The notes below the pieces were generated by a model. It was not told where the DNA came from. It saw nothing but the letters and a program-made list of their open reading frames with translations, and made no database searches. From assembly GCA_040880645.1 (NCBI GenBank), contig JBBDHZ010000292.1:1-55968 (forward strand): 55,968 nt of DNA, read 5' to 3'. Positions within the stretch are counted from its first letter, which is position 1; every line of letters starts with the position of its first letter. Positions 48,497 through 55,968 of this stretch are shown in pieces. The position numbers were made by a program, and so were the translations under genes. The DNA is from Minisyncoccota bacterium (GTDB lineage Bacteria; Patescibacteriota; Minisyncoccia; Phycocordibacterales; CSBR16-193).

Positions 48497-50611
48497 CTAA
48501 CTTTTTTTGGTGTTTTTTATAAAATCGGGATCGACAGCTTTTAGCGAGAGCTTGAGGCGGCCGCGGTCATCGATCTCTTTGATCACAACAGGCACGTTCT
48601 GCCCGACCGTCAGGACGTCCTCGACCTTCTCGATACGGTACGGGGCGATCTCGGAGATATGCAGAAGCCCGTCCGTGCCGTTACCGAGCGTGACGAAGGC
48701 GCCGAACTCTTTGAGTGTCGCCACGGTGCCGTTGTAGCGCTGCCCCACCTCGTAGACACGGGTGATCTCCTCGATATCGCGGATCGCTTGTTCTACGCCG
48801 TCGGCTTTTCCGGTGATGACAACCGTTCCGTCGTCCTCGATGTCGATCTCGGTCAGCGTGCGCTCGCGAAGGTCGGTGACCACCTTTCCGCCGGGACCGA
48901 TCAGGTCGCGTATTTTTCCGGTCGGGATCGAGATCGTCTGAATATACGGTGCATTCGGCGAGGTTTTCTCGCGCGGGGCGGCGAGTTCGGCCTCGATAAC
49001 GTCGAGGATGCGCTCACGAGCCTCTTTAGCGCGGGCGAAAGCCTCGCTCAGTATCTCCGGGGTGACCCCGTTCACCGTAACGTCCATCTGTACCGCGGTG
49101 ACCCCGTCGCGGGTGCCGGCAACCTTAAAGTCCATATCACCGTGGTGGTCCTCCGGACCCTGAATGTCGGTTAAAACCTTATACTCACGGTCGCTGTGCA
49201 TTAGCAAGCCCGAGGCGATACCGGCAACCGGTTTTGCGATCGGAACCCCGCCGTCCATCAGGGCAAGACTGGACGCACAAACCGATCCCATCGAGGTTGA
49301 GCCGTTGGAGGCTAGGGCCTCCGAGACCAGGCGGATCGTGTACGGAAAGGTATCTTTTGACGGAATAACCGGCTCGAGTGCTTTCTCGGCGAGCGCACCG
49401 TGCCCGATCATTCGTCGGTTTGCTCCGCCCATCCGTCCGGTTTCCCCTACGGAAAACGGCGGGAAATTGTAGTGATGAATAAACCGCTTGTCGCCGCGTG
49501 TCTCCATTCCCTCGAGCAGCTGCGAGTCACCTGGTCCGCCCAGTGTAAGCGCGGTTAAAATATGTGTTCCACCGCGATAAAAGATACCGGTGCCGTGATG
49601 GATCGGACTGATGCCGCCGGCCTGGGCGAAAAGCGGGCGCACCTCGTCCATTGCCCGGCCGTCGGGGCGCTTGTCGTGTTTGATCGCGCCGATATGAATC
49701 GCTTCGTTGATTTTGTCTTCCAGGTACGCCATCGCCCGGGCTCGGTTGGCGTCGGGGGCGTAGTCGGCGAGTGTCGCTTCCCACAGCCTCTCGACAGCGC
49801 TAAGGGTTGCCTTGCCCGGCTGGCCGGAGAAAACATACGAATCAAGGTCCGGCGCGATGTGTTTTTCAAACAGCACCACGATCTCATCAGGGACCGGCTC
49901 CGGCTCGATGATCCGCTTGTCGTGGCCGATCTCCGTGATAATGCGCCGCTGCCACTCCTCGAGCCGCTCGATCTCTTTGAGAGCAACACCAATCCCCTTC
50001 TCGAGATGCGCCTCGCTTGCTTCGTGAGCGCCGGTTTCGATCATCGTAACCCTGCCGCGCTGTCCGCAGACAACAAGATCGGTGTGGAACTGGTCTTGAT
50101 TGCGGAATTCGTAGGTCGGATTGATAACGAATGCACCACGCTCGTCGGTTGAGCCCACTCGAACCGCACTGACTGGCCCGTTCCAAGGGATGTCAGAGGT
50201 GCCGAGCGCCAGCGAGGCGCCGATCACGGCGAGCATATCCGGGTCTTCCTCGTCGATCGAGAGCACCATCACCACGATCTGGGTGGGGGTGCGCAGGTGG
50301 GTGTCGAACAGCGGCCGTATCGTCCGGTCGATAAGGCGCGCCGAGAGCGTGGCCTCTTCAGAGGGTTTCCCCTCGCGACGCATATACCGGCTGCCGAGGA
50401 TCGCTCCGGCGGCATAAAACCGCTCCTCGTAGTCCACCGTGAGCGGGAAAAAGTCACCGTCGGCGGGACGTTTGTCCATTACGGCGGTGACCAGGACGGC
50501 GGAGTTGCCGCACCGGATCAGGACCGAGCCGTCCGCTTGGTCGGCCAGGTCGCTGAACTCGGCGGTCACTGTCTTTTCCCCTACGGTGATCGAATACTCG
50601 TGTGTGTGCAT
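48497..50611 (-). CDS. pnp: Polyribonucleotide nucleotidyltransferase
   Basis: FFPLTVDYEER, RLIDRTIRPLF, HHYNFPPFSVGE, SNGSTSMGSVC, GDMDFKVAGT, KH and S1 domains. Confidence 0.97.
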   Translation of the reverse strand: MHTHEYSITVGEKTVTAEFSDLADQADGSVLIRCGNSAVLVTAVMDKRPADGDFFPLTVDYEERFYAAGAILGSRYMRREGKPSEEATLSARLIDRTIRPLFDTHLRTPTQIVVMVLSIDEEDPDMLAVIGASLALGTSDIPWNGPVSAVRVGSTDERGAFVINPTYEFRNQDQFHTDLVVCGQRGRVTMIETGAHEASEAHLEKGIGVALKEIERLEEWQRRIITEIGHDKRIIEPEPVPDEIVVLFEKHIAPDLDSYVFSGQPGKATLSAVERLWEATLADYAPDANRARAMAYLEDKINEAIHIGAIKHDKRPDGRAMDEVRPLFAQAGGISPIHHGTGIFYRGGTHILTALTLGGPGDSQLLEGMETRGDKRFIHHYNFPPFSVGETGRMGGANRRMIGHGALAEKALEPVIPSKDTFPYTIRLVSEALASNGSTSMGSVCASSLALMDGGVPIAKPVAGIASGLLMHSDREYKVLTDIQGPEDHHGDMDFKVAGTRDGVTAVQMDVTVNGVTPEILSEAFARAKEARERILDVIEAELAAPREKTSPNAPYIQTISIPTGKIRDLIGPGGKVVTDLRERTLTEIDIEDDGTVVITGKADGVEQAIRDIEEITRVYEVGQRYNGTVATLKEFGAFVTLGNGTDGLLHISEIAPYRIEKVEDVLTVGQNVPVVIKEIDDRGRLKLSLKAVDPDFIKNTKKS

Positions 50612-50781
50612 ATCTGCGGTCCGGCCGGCGTTTCAGAGTTCATTGTGGGGGTACGCTCGCCCGCCCGGAGCGTCGAGCACACTCACACAATGAACGTATC
50701 CTGTTGTGTCGGCGGGCGTTACCCGATAATGCGCTGATTGTAGCAGGTATCGCGGTGCTGTCTATGTGTGGCGCGCACTAC

Positions 50782-50807
50782 AAAAGCCGCTCGCAGGGCG
50801 AGCGGCT
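50782..50807 (-). terminator. Intrinsic terminator after the NYN gene
   Basis: AGCCGCTCG / CGAGCGGCT hairpin with a TTTT tail on the minus strand. Confidence 0.6.
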
Positions 50808-50830
50808 GTAGAGAGCGCGATCGGGGTGTT

Positions 50831-51352
50831 TTATCGCCCCCACCCTTTCCCCATTAGGTAGCGTTTCGGGTTCTCGTCGAGGTCGATAAAGTCATCGGCT
50901 TCCTCGATAAGTCGGCTGGAAGACGAGCGGCCGAACGAGATAACCTCGGTCTGGCAACCCTCTTTAACCCGAAGGTACTCCAGCAGCGCCGAAAAGTCAC
51001 CGTCTCCGGAGACCAGAATGATCGTATCCAGCTTGGGAGCCATACTGATCGTATCGAGGGCGATCCCGACGTCCCAGTCTCCTTTTTTGGCTCCGCCGGA
51101 GAAGACCTGAAGGTCTTTGGTCTTGGTCTCGATCCCGAGTTTTTCCAGGGCGTCGAAGAAGGTCTGCTCTTCCCCGCCTTCGGTGGCGACCACGTAGGCC
51201 ATAGCCCGGATCAGGTGGCGTCCGGCGAGGCCGTCTTTGACGATCTGACCGAAGTTTACCCGTGATTTATAAAGATGCTTCGCGCTGTGGTAGAGATTCT
51301 GAGTATCGATAAAGATTCCGACGCGTTGTTCCTTGTGTTTGATAACTGCCAT
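50831..51352 (-). CDS. NYN (LabA/DUF88) PIN-like domain protein
   Basis: IFIDTQNLY, KGDWDVGIALD, LVSGDGDF and ADDFIDL. Confidence 0.92.
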   Translation of the reverse strand: MAVIKHKEQRVGIFIDTQNLYHSAKHLYKSRVNFGQIVKDGLAGRHLIRAMAYVVATEGGEEQTFFDALEKLGIETKTKDLQVFSGGAKKGDWDVGIALDTISMAPKLDTIILVSGDGDFSALLEYLRVKEGCQTEVISFGRSSSSRLIEEADDFIDLDENPKRYLMGKGWGR

Positions 51353-51486
51353 AAAAAAAGAGAATTATAAAAACGTCCGTGACTTGCTGACAACACTATA
51401 ACTGTACCAAAGAAAAGACAAAAAAAGAAAAAGAACGCCGCATATCGGCATTCCGGTCATCCGTTCGCGGCTGCCGCTCAGGCTCT

Positions 51487-51762
51487 CTACTTCGCCTTTT
51501 TCTTGAGATTGAGCTTCTTCATAAGCTTGTTGAACCGGCGCTTGTCCTTGTGTTCAAGGTAGTTCATATGCCGCTGCCGCTTGGCGACAAGCTGAAGAAG
51601 ACCGCGGCGCGAGTGGATGTCCTTCTTGTGCGTCTTGAGGTGTTTGGCCAGCTCCTCGATCCGTTTGGTCAGGATCGAGATCTGTACCTCCGGAGAGCCG
51701 GTGTCGCCCTCGTGGGTTTTAACCTCGTCGACAAGTTTCTGCTTCTTTGTTTTCGTCAGCAT
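51487..51762 (-). CDS. rpsO: 30S ribosomal protein S15
   Basis: DTGSPEVQISILT.RI..L..HL..HKKD.HSRRGLL. Confidence 0.97.
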   Translation of the reverse strand: MLTKTKKQKLVDEVKTHEGDTGSPEVQISILTKRIEELAKHLKTHKKDIHSRRGLLQLVAKRQRHMNYLEHKDKRRFNKLMKKLNLKKKAK

Positions 51763-52123
51763 TTGCGCAATATAGCACAAGTGTATAGGCTTTGCAAGTG
51801 CCGCGGGGCCCTGTGGATGACGTGCAAGTGAGGTGTTTGAGAGAGTCAAGAAACACCTCTACGGTACAGCGGTGCTTCTCAGAGGCGTTTGGGGCCGGCG
51901 GAATCGGGTAGATTCGAGTTTGAAACAGGCAAGGAAGAGAAAAACGGAAGAAACAAGCGCGGAGCACAAGCGTAAACGGCACGGCGAAACGACCCCCAAA
52001 CCTTGACTTTTACTTTCATTTATAGTAGCGTAGCGCCAGAACGAATGTTCGTTTGTTCGTTGACGTTGCTAGGTTGCCACGTCAGCTTTTTTGTTTGGGC
52101 ATCTCTTGAAAGGAGACACGGTT

Positions 52124-53302
52124 ATGTGCAAAAACGAAAGGAAAGAAGAGACTCGGAGTGATCAGAAGGAGGCTCAGGAGGCTCGAAGTGATCCGTCGGC
52201 CGGGCAGATGTCCCGGACGGATTGGATGTGCATCGGCGCATTTATCCTTATCGCGGTGTTCCTGACCCTGGTTGGTGTTGCGATTAAGGATGCCATGACG
52301 GCAACGCGTAACGGCCAGGCCACAAATGAGGTTCTGGATCTGACTCGAAAGGAGCTCGGGTCAATCCATGAGGATCTCAGTTCCACGTTGCAGACCGCAA
52401 CGGAGGAATCCCGCGACCTGGCTCAACAGGAGTTTGAGTCGATCCGCAATGAGGTCCGAGCTGCGCTTCCGGCCACAAGGGCCGACGTTGAGGCGCAACG
52501 CCGGAAGATCGAGGGGCTCAGGGAGATTCTTGAGCGCCACGAGTACGTGGTCGAATTCGACACCGCTGAAGGGTCGCGGAACTTCTCTCGTAAGCGTGCG
52601 GCGCATCTCAGAGGTTCGATCGCCGCGGCGGAGGAGAGGCTCGCTGGGCTGGAGGCTCGAGTGGATTCCACGCCGGAATTACTTGAGAGAATCAGCCAGA
52701 TCGAAGAGAGCGGCGCGGCGACGCGAGCCCAGATCACGGAGCTCACAGAGCTCGTGAAAGGTGTTGCGGAAGGACAGAAAGGGACGAGTGAGTCCCTGGA
52801 AACCCTCCGTGGGGAGCTAGGTCTGCACGCAGATCAGCTGAATCAGATCCGCAAGGAGCTTAAAACACCGGCGCCCAAGGAAACGCCCGAACCTGCGCCT
52901 CAACAAGGAGCGCAGTCATCGACAACAGAAGCCGTCGGTTCGACAGCTCAACGTTCGGCGAGTGAGGTGGAGGAGCCTCACATGAGGGTGGTCAAGTACT
53001 ACTTCGAAAACGGTCGGAGTCAGCCGGTCAACATCGAGACCGTGCGCTTCAATCGTGAAAAAGATCGATTCGCGTACGGACATCTCAACGGTGATCGGTG
53101 GGTGTGGGTAGGGATGCCCTATCTGCACACCGCGGACGGTCCTCGGTACATGAACTGGGGCGAGTATGACCGCGGTCGTTTTCCCGGTCACACGTTTGCC
53201 TATGACTGGATCAATAAGGTCTGGTGGCACGTCGATGATCGGAGTAACTGGCATCGGTCTCAGACAGTGAAGTTCAAAACTCTTGAGGAGGCTAAGCAAT
53301 GA
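52124..53302 (+). CDS. Membrane-anchored coiled-coil protein with an aromatic-rich C-terminal domain
   Basis: AAAGGAG RBS, one TM, a long coiled coil, P-rich linker and W/Y-rich C-domain. Confidence 0.8.
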   Translation: MCKNERKEETRSDQKEAQEARSDPSAGQMSRTDWMCIGAFILIAVFLTLVGVAIKDAMTATRNGQATNEVLDLTRKELGSIHEDLSSTLQTATEESRDLAQQEFESIRNEVRAALPATRADVEAQRRKIEGLREILERHEYVVEFDTAEGSRNFSRKRAAHLRGSIAAAEERLAGLEARVDSTPELLERISQIEESGAATRAQITELTELVKGVAEGQKGTSESLETLRGELGLHADQLNQIRKELKTPAPKETPEPAPQQGAQSSTTEAVGSTAQRSASEVEEPHMRVVKYYFENGRSQPVNIETVRFNREKDRFAYGHLNGDRWVWVGMPYLHTADGPRYMNWGEYDRGRFPGHTFAYDWINKVWWHVDDRSNWHRSQTVKFKTLEEAKQ

Positions 53303-54396
53303 GGCGGACTACGAAAACCATGTTGGCAATACTTTTTCTGGTTCTTGGTGGTTGTGGATCAACCGCCTGGGTCAACGAGGCATCGATGTCTCGGCGGGAC
53401 GGGTCTCACCTTTCCGTCGAGGCGGCCGGCGCCGGCGACAGTGAGCATCGGTTCGGCTTTGCCCGGATGGTTCAGTGGGACCAAGACGGGGTTGAGTACA
53501 ACTTCGAAACCGGAGAGGTAAAGGAGGTCTGGAAGGATACGACGACCGAGTTCGTCTCGCGCGACGGTCAAGGCCCTCGAGCTCAGGTGGTGGCTGCGTT
53601 TACCGCCTTGGCTGATCGAGGTATGGCCGAAGCGGGTAGTGTCCTCTACGCCAGAGAAAAGGCGAAGCGAGGGCCGCTGTCTGTCACAAAGGTCGGCGAC
53701 AGGAACGAGACGCAAAATCTAAGCTTTCAGACAAGCTCAACAGCGTCTCCCGCCCAAATGCAGGGTGGCCAGAAGGCAACAAACGATTCGAGCGCCGGTG
53801 TGGCCGCTGACCTCTATGCTGGTGGCGGTACGGCCCTACAAAAGCAAGACCAGACGAGCGAAGGGTCACACGCCGGAGCAACGGCAGGGTCTGAATCTGG
53901 AGTTGGTGACGTATCCGCTCGATCCGACGCCGATCAGAGTCAAGGCCAGGATCAGCGGGCCACAAGCGAAGGGTCGAATCCTGACATCGCTGTAACGGCG
54001 GACGGACGTGTCAAAGTCGGTGATATTTCCAACCGGCAGGATCAGGAGCAGGGCCAAGACCAGGAATCGGTCAATGATGCCAAGGCCGACGGACGGGCCG
54101 TGCTCCAAGACGTCGCTATTCGAGGCGGTGATCAACATCAGGACCAGGGCCTGGAATCGACGAATGTCAGCGAAGGCTCCAGCGCCACCGCAGAGGCTGA
54201 TGTTGACACTGACGCTAGTGTCGGCGACGTTTCTAACCGACAGGATCAGGATCAGCGGGCCACAAGCGAAGGCTCTGACGCCAGTGCTGAGTCGCGTGCC
54301 GAAGCTGAGAACAGGAACGAGAGTTCCAATCAAAACAGTGCTGAAGGAACCGGCACAGGATCGGCTTCCTCAGGTGCTGAATCAACAAGCAACTGA
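53299..54396 (+). CDS. Lipoprotein with Q/S/D/A-rich imperfect repeats
   Basis: GAGGAGG RBS, ATGA overlap with the upstream gene, lipobox LGGC and repeats VGD(V/I)S..QDQ...SEGS. Confidence 0.82.
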   Translation: MRRTTKTMLAILFLVLGGCGSTAWVNEASMSRRDGSHLSVEAAGAGDSEHRFGFARMVQWDQDGVEYNFETGEVKEVWKDTTTEFVSRDGQGPRAQVVAAFTALADRGMAEAGSVLYAREKAKRGPLSVTKVGDRNETQNLSFQTSSTASPAQMQGGQKATNDSSAGVAADLYAGGGTALQKQDQTSEGSHAGATAGSESGVGDVSARSDADQSQGQDQRATSEGSNPDIAVTADGRVKVGDISNRQDQEQGQDQESVNDAKADGRAVLQDVAIRGGDQHQDQGLESTNVSEGSSATAEADVDTDASVGDVSNRQDQDQRATSEGSDASAESRAEAENRNESSNQNSAEGTGTGSASSGAESTSN

Positions 54397-54431
54397 CAAC
54401 AAACACATGAAGAAGGAAGGAGTTCTATCCC

Positions 54432-54464
54432 CCGCCGCGAGTCTTATACTCGCGGCGGTTTTTT
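54432..54464 (+). terminator. Intrinsic terminator
   Basis: CCGCCGCGAGT-CTTAT-ACTCGCGGCGG-TTTTTT. Confidence 0.85.
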
Positions 54465-54507
54465 ATTTCAAAATAGGACAAAATCACAGGTTGTAGTAAA
54501 GGACAAG

Positions 54508-54555
54508 TTATCCACAGGTTATGTCTTTTACAAATGTAAAAGACATTAGTATACT
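54508..54555 (+). promoter_or_regulatory. Sigma70-like promoter with an operator-like palindrome and an upstream consensus DnaA box
   Basis: TTATCCACA 54508-54516; ATGTCTTTTACA-AA-TGTAAAAGACAT 54521-54546; TTTACA-17 bp-TATACT (54550-54555). Confidence 0.65.
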
Positions 54556-54561
54556 AGGTTC

Positions 54562-54953
54562 AGTCCCAGCACACAGAAAATCAAAGAGACAAAACAAGGT
54601 GCTGAGATGTTCTTTTGTTCGTTGACAATTCACTCGCCTGACTAAAACGCACGCGAAACTGCGCGCTGCCTAGAACGGCAAAAACTGATCTCAGGAAATC
54701 GCTGCCGTCCCACGACAGCATTCCCCCCGGATCAGTTTCATATCGAAACCCCCCGATGTTCTTTCCACAAATAACGTGTGCCCCTCTCCAAAGTAAAGCA
54801 AAGAGGTTCCCTGAGCACAGATGATTTTGGGTTGCGGAACGAGCTCCTAACGGCCTCATTTACTGTGATCGCTGGAAGCTGGTTCCGCAACCTGAAACGT
54901 TGCGTGCACCTGGTCCTCAAAAGCCCCTGCCTCTCCACGGCCGGGGCTTTTTT
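54562..54953 (+). ncRNA. Candidate orphan structured RNA (~390 nt)
   Basis: Promoter, multibranch fold with G-U pairs on the + strand, terminator at 54919-54953 and no credible ORF. Confidence 0.55.
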
Positions 54954-54960
54954 ATATCGA

Positions 54961-54993
54961 TTAAGCGGCTCACAGGGTACGTGAGCCGCTTAA
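54961..54993. repeat. 13-bp inverted repeat hairpin
   Basis: TTAAGCGGCTCAC-AGGGTAC-GTGAGCCGCTTAA. Confidence 0.7.
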
Positions 54994-55110
54994 AGAGAGG
55001 AAAAACTCTTGTGTATAGCCCTATTTCTGCTATTGTCCAACGCAATCGGAGCATTTCTCCGGCAGTATTCGGTTGCGTCGGTGTTTTAGACGCAGGATAC
55101 TTTTCCGGTC

Positions 55111-55826
55111 TGTTTCACGTGTAACCATAAATACGCCTAAAACGTGCATTTTTGAACTGTTGTGTGCGAGGAGATGTTCTAGTCGCGCAACTCAAAAAGG
55201 TTACACGTGAAACAAAACACAGAAAACAGCCAGGTTACACGTGTAACCTGGCTGTTTTTCTCTGTTTGGGGTGAAAATGTTACACGTGAAACAGTACTCG
55301 AGGTGTTTCACGTGTAACAGGCTACTTTACCCAGTATTTCTTACGAATCTCCTCAAGCACCTTCTCATCTTCTTCCTCAAGCTTCTCTTTCCCCTTTTCT
55401 CCGAGCTTCTTAAGATCTTCCTCGGTCAGTTCCAGAAGGCCCTTGGCACGTTCTGTTAGGTGCTCTTTCGTGTTGCGCGACGGATCATCGAGAACTTCTT
55501 CCAGCAGGGCGTGGAGGATGTAGCCAATTTTGGGGCCCGGCTGCATCCCAAGCTCGCTCATCAGCGTGTTTCCGTCTAGGGCAAGGCTTTTTACCGATAC
55601 CGGGTCGCGCATCGCTTCTTCGATCATCGATTGATACTTGCGGAGTCGGTAGGGGCGCTCCTTGGGTCGTCCTGTTCCGATGCGGTCGCAGATACGCAGG
55701 TTCACGATCTCCTCGATATTCTCCTTGCCGATATGACTAACCAGCCGCCTGACCGCGGAAAGGGTGATTTGTTCGGGATCGGAGAAGAACATATGCCAGC
55801 GGACCAGCGTTGTTACACGTGAAACA
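55111..55826. promoter_or_regulatory. Cluster of six parS-like (ParB/Spo0J-binding) sites
   Basis: (T/G)GTT(T/A)CACGTG(A/T)AAC(A/C) at 55111, 55199, 55233, 55278, 55304 and 55811; matches TGTTNCACGTGAAACA. Confidence 0.85.
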
Positions 55827-55968
55827 AACTCCTTTGAAAAACACAGCCGTTCGAGGGTCTTCTTGGTTATCTTCGCCCCCACAACCTCGTGGCCGTGGAA
55901 ACTCCAGTCGTTCTTCTTGTGGTCCATTCGCTTGGTGGCCGGCTTGCCGATATCATGAAAAAGCGCAG
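55322..55968 (-). CDS. CCA tRNA nucleotidyltransferase / HD-domain protein, C-terminal part (5' end outside the window)
   Basis: FHDIGKPAT...FHGHEVVGA, LVRWHMF, DRIG and LALDGN.LM...PGPKIG.IL. Confidence 0.85.
   Translation of the reverse strand, partial: ALFHDIGKPATKRMDHKKNDWSFHGHEVVGAKITKKTLERLCFSKEFVSRVTTLVRWHMFFSDPEQITLSAVRRLVSHIGKENIEEIVNLRICDRIGTGRPKERPYRLRKYQSMIEEAMRDPVSVKSLALDGNTLMSELGMQPGPKIGYILHALLEEVLDDPSRNTKEHLTERAKGLLELTEEDLKKLGEKGKEKLEEEDEKVLEEIRKKYWVK

Noticed and set aside
54919-54940. CCCCTGCCTCTCCAC as a tRNA/tmRNA 3' end or att site
   Set aside because: There is no T-arm or matching 5' end, and it is explained as part of the terminator hairpin.
54581-55124. Short ORFs within and around the candidate RNA
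   Set aside because: No RBS or leaderless signal, some cross the terminator, and none has protein-like motifs.

Overview
This window looks like chromosomal DNA of a Patescibacteria/CPR (Parcubacteria-like) bacterium. That placement is inferred from gene content: shortened PolA and YebC, a PrgI-VirB4-VirB6 secretion cluster, a PilB/GspE ATPase and rpsO-NYN-pnp. It holds repair and replication genes (mutM, holA, polA, ruvB-yebC-ruvC, pcrA, dnaA-dnaN plus a DciA-like ORF), rpmH-rnpA-yidC-jag, tyrS, a class A PBP, rsmA, comM, pnp, rpsO, a partial CCA-adding enzyme, one atypical tRNA-Lys and a Y1/RAYT-type transposase flanked by palindromes. The most interesting signals lie outside the annotated genes: (1) an orphan ~390-nt multibranched RNA (54.56-54.95 kb) with its own promoter, operator-like palindrome, adjacent DnaA box and terminator; (2) a probable oriC at ~43.1-43.55 kb, about 23 kb from dnaA, with a six-site parS cluster at 55.1-55.8 kb; (3) a 6S-like rod RNA before ruvB; (4) a REP-like palindrome family tied to the transposase; (5) an amyloid-like repeat lipoprotein operon; (6) a DUF4185-like secreted fusion protein beside the secretion cluster; (7) a pervasive leaderless-mRNA signature on core genes. 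All calls were made by eye and no searches or computations were run.
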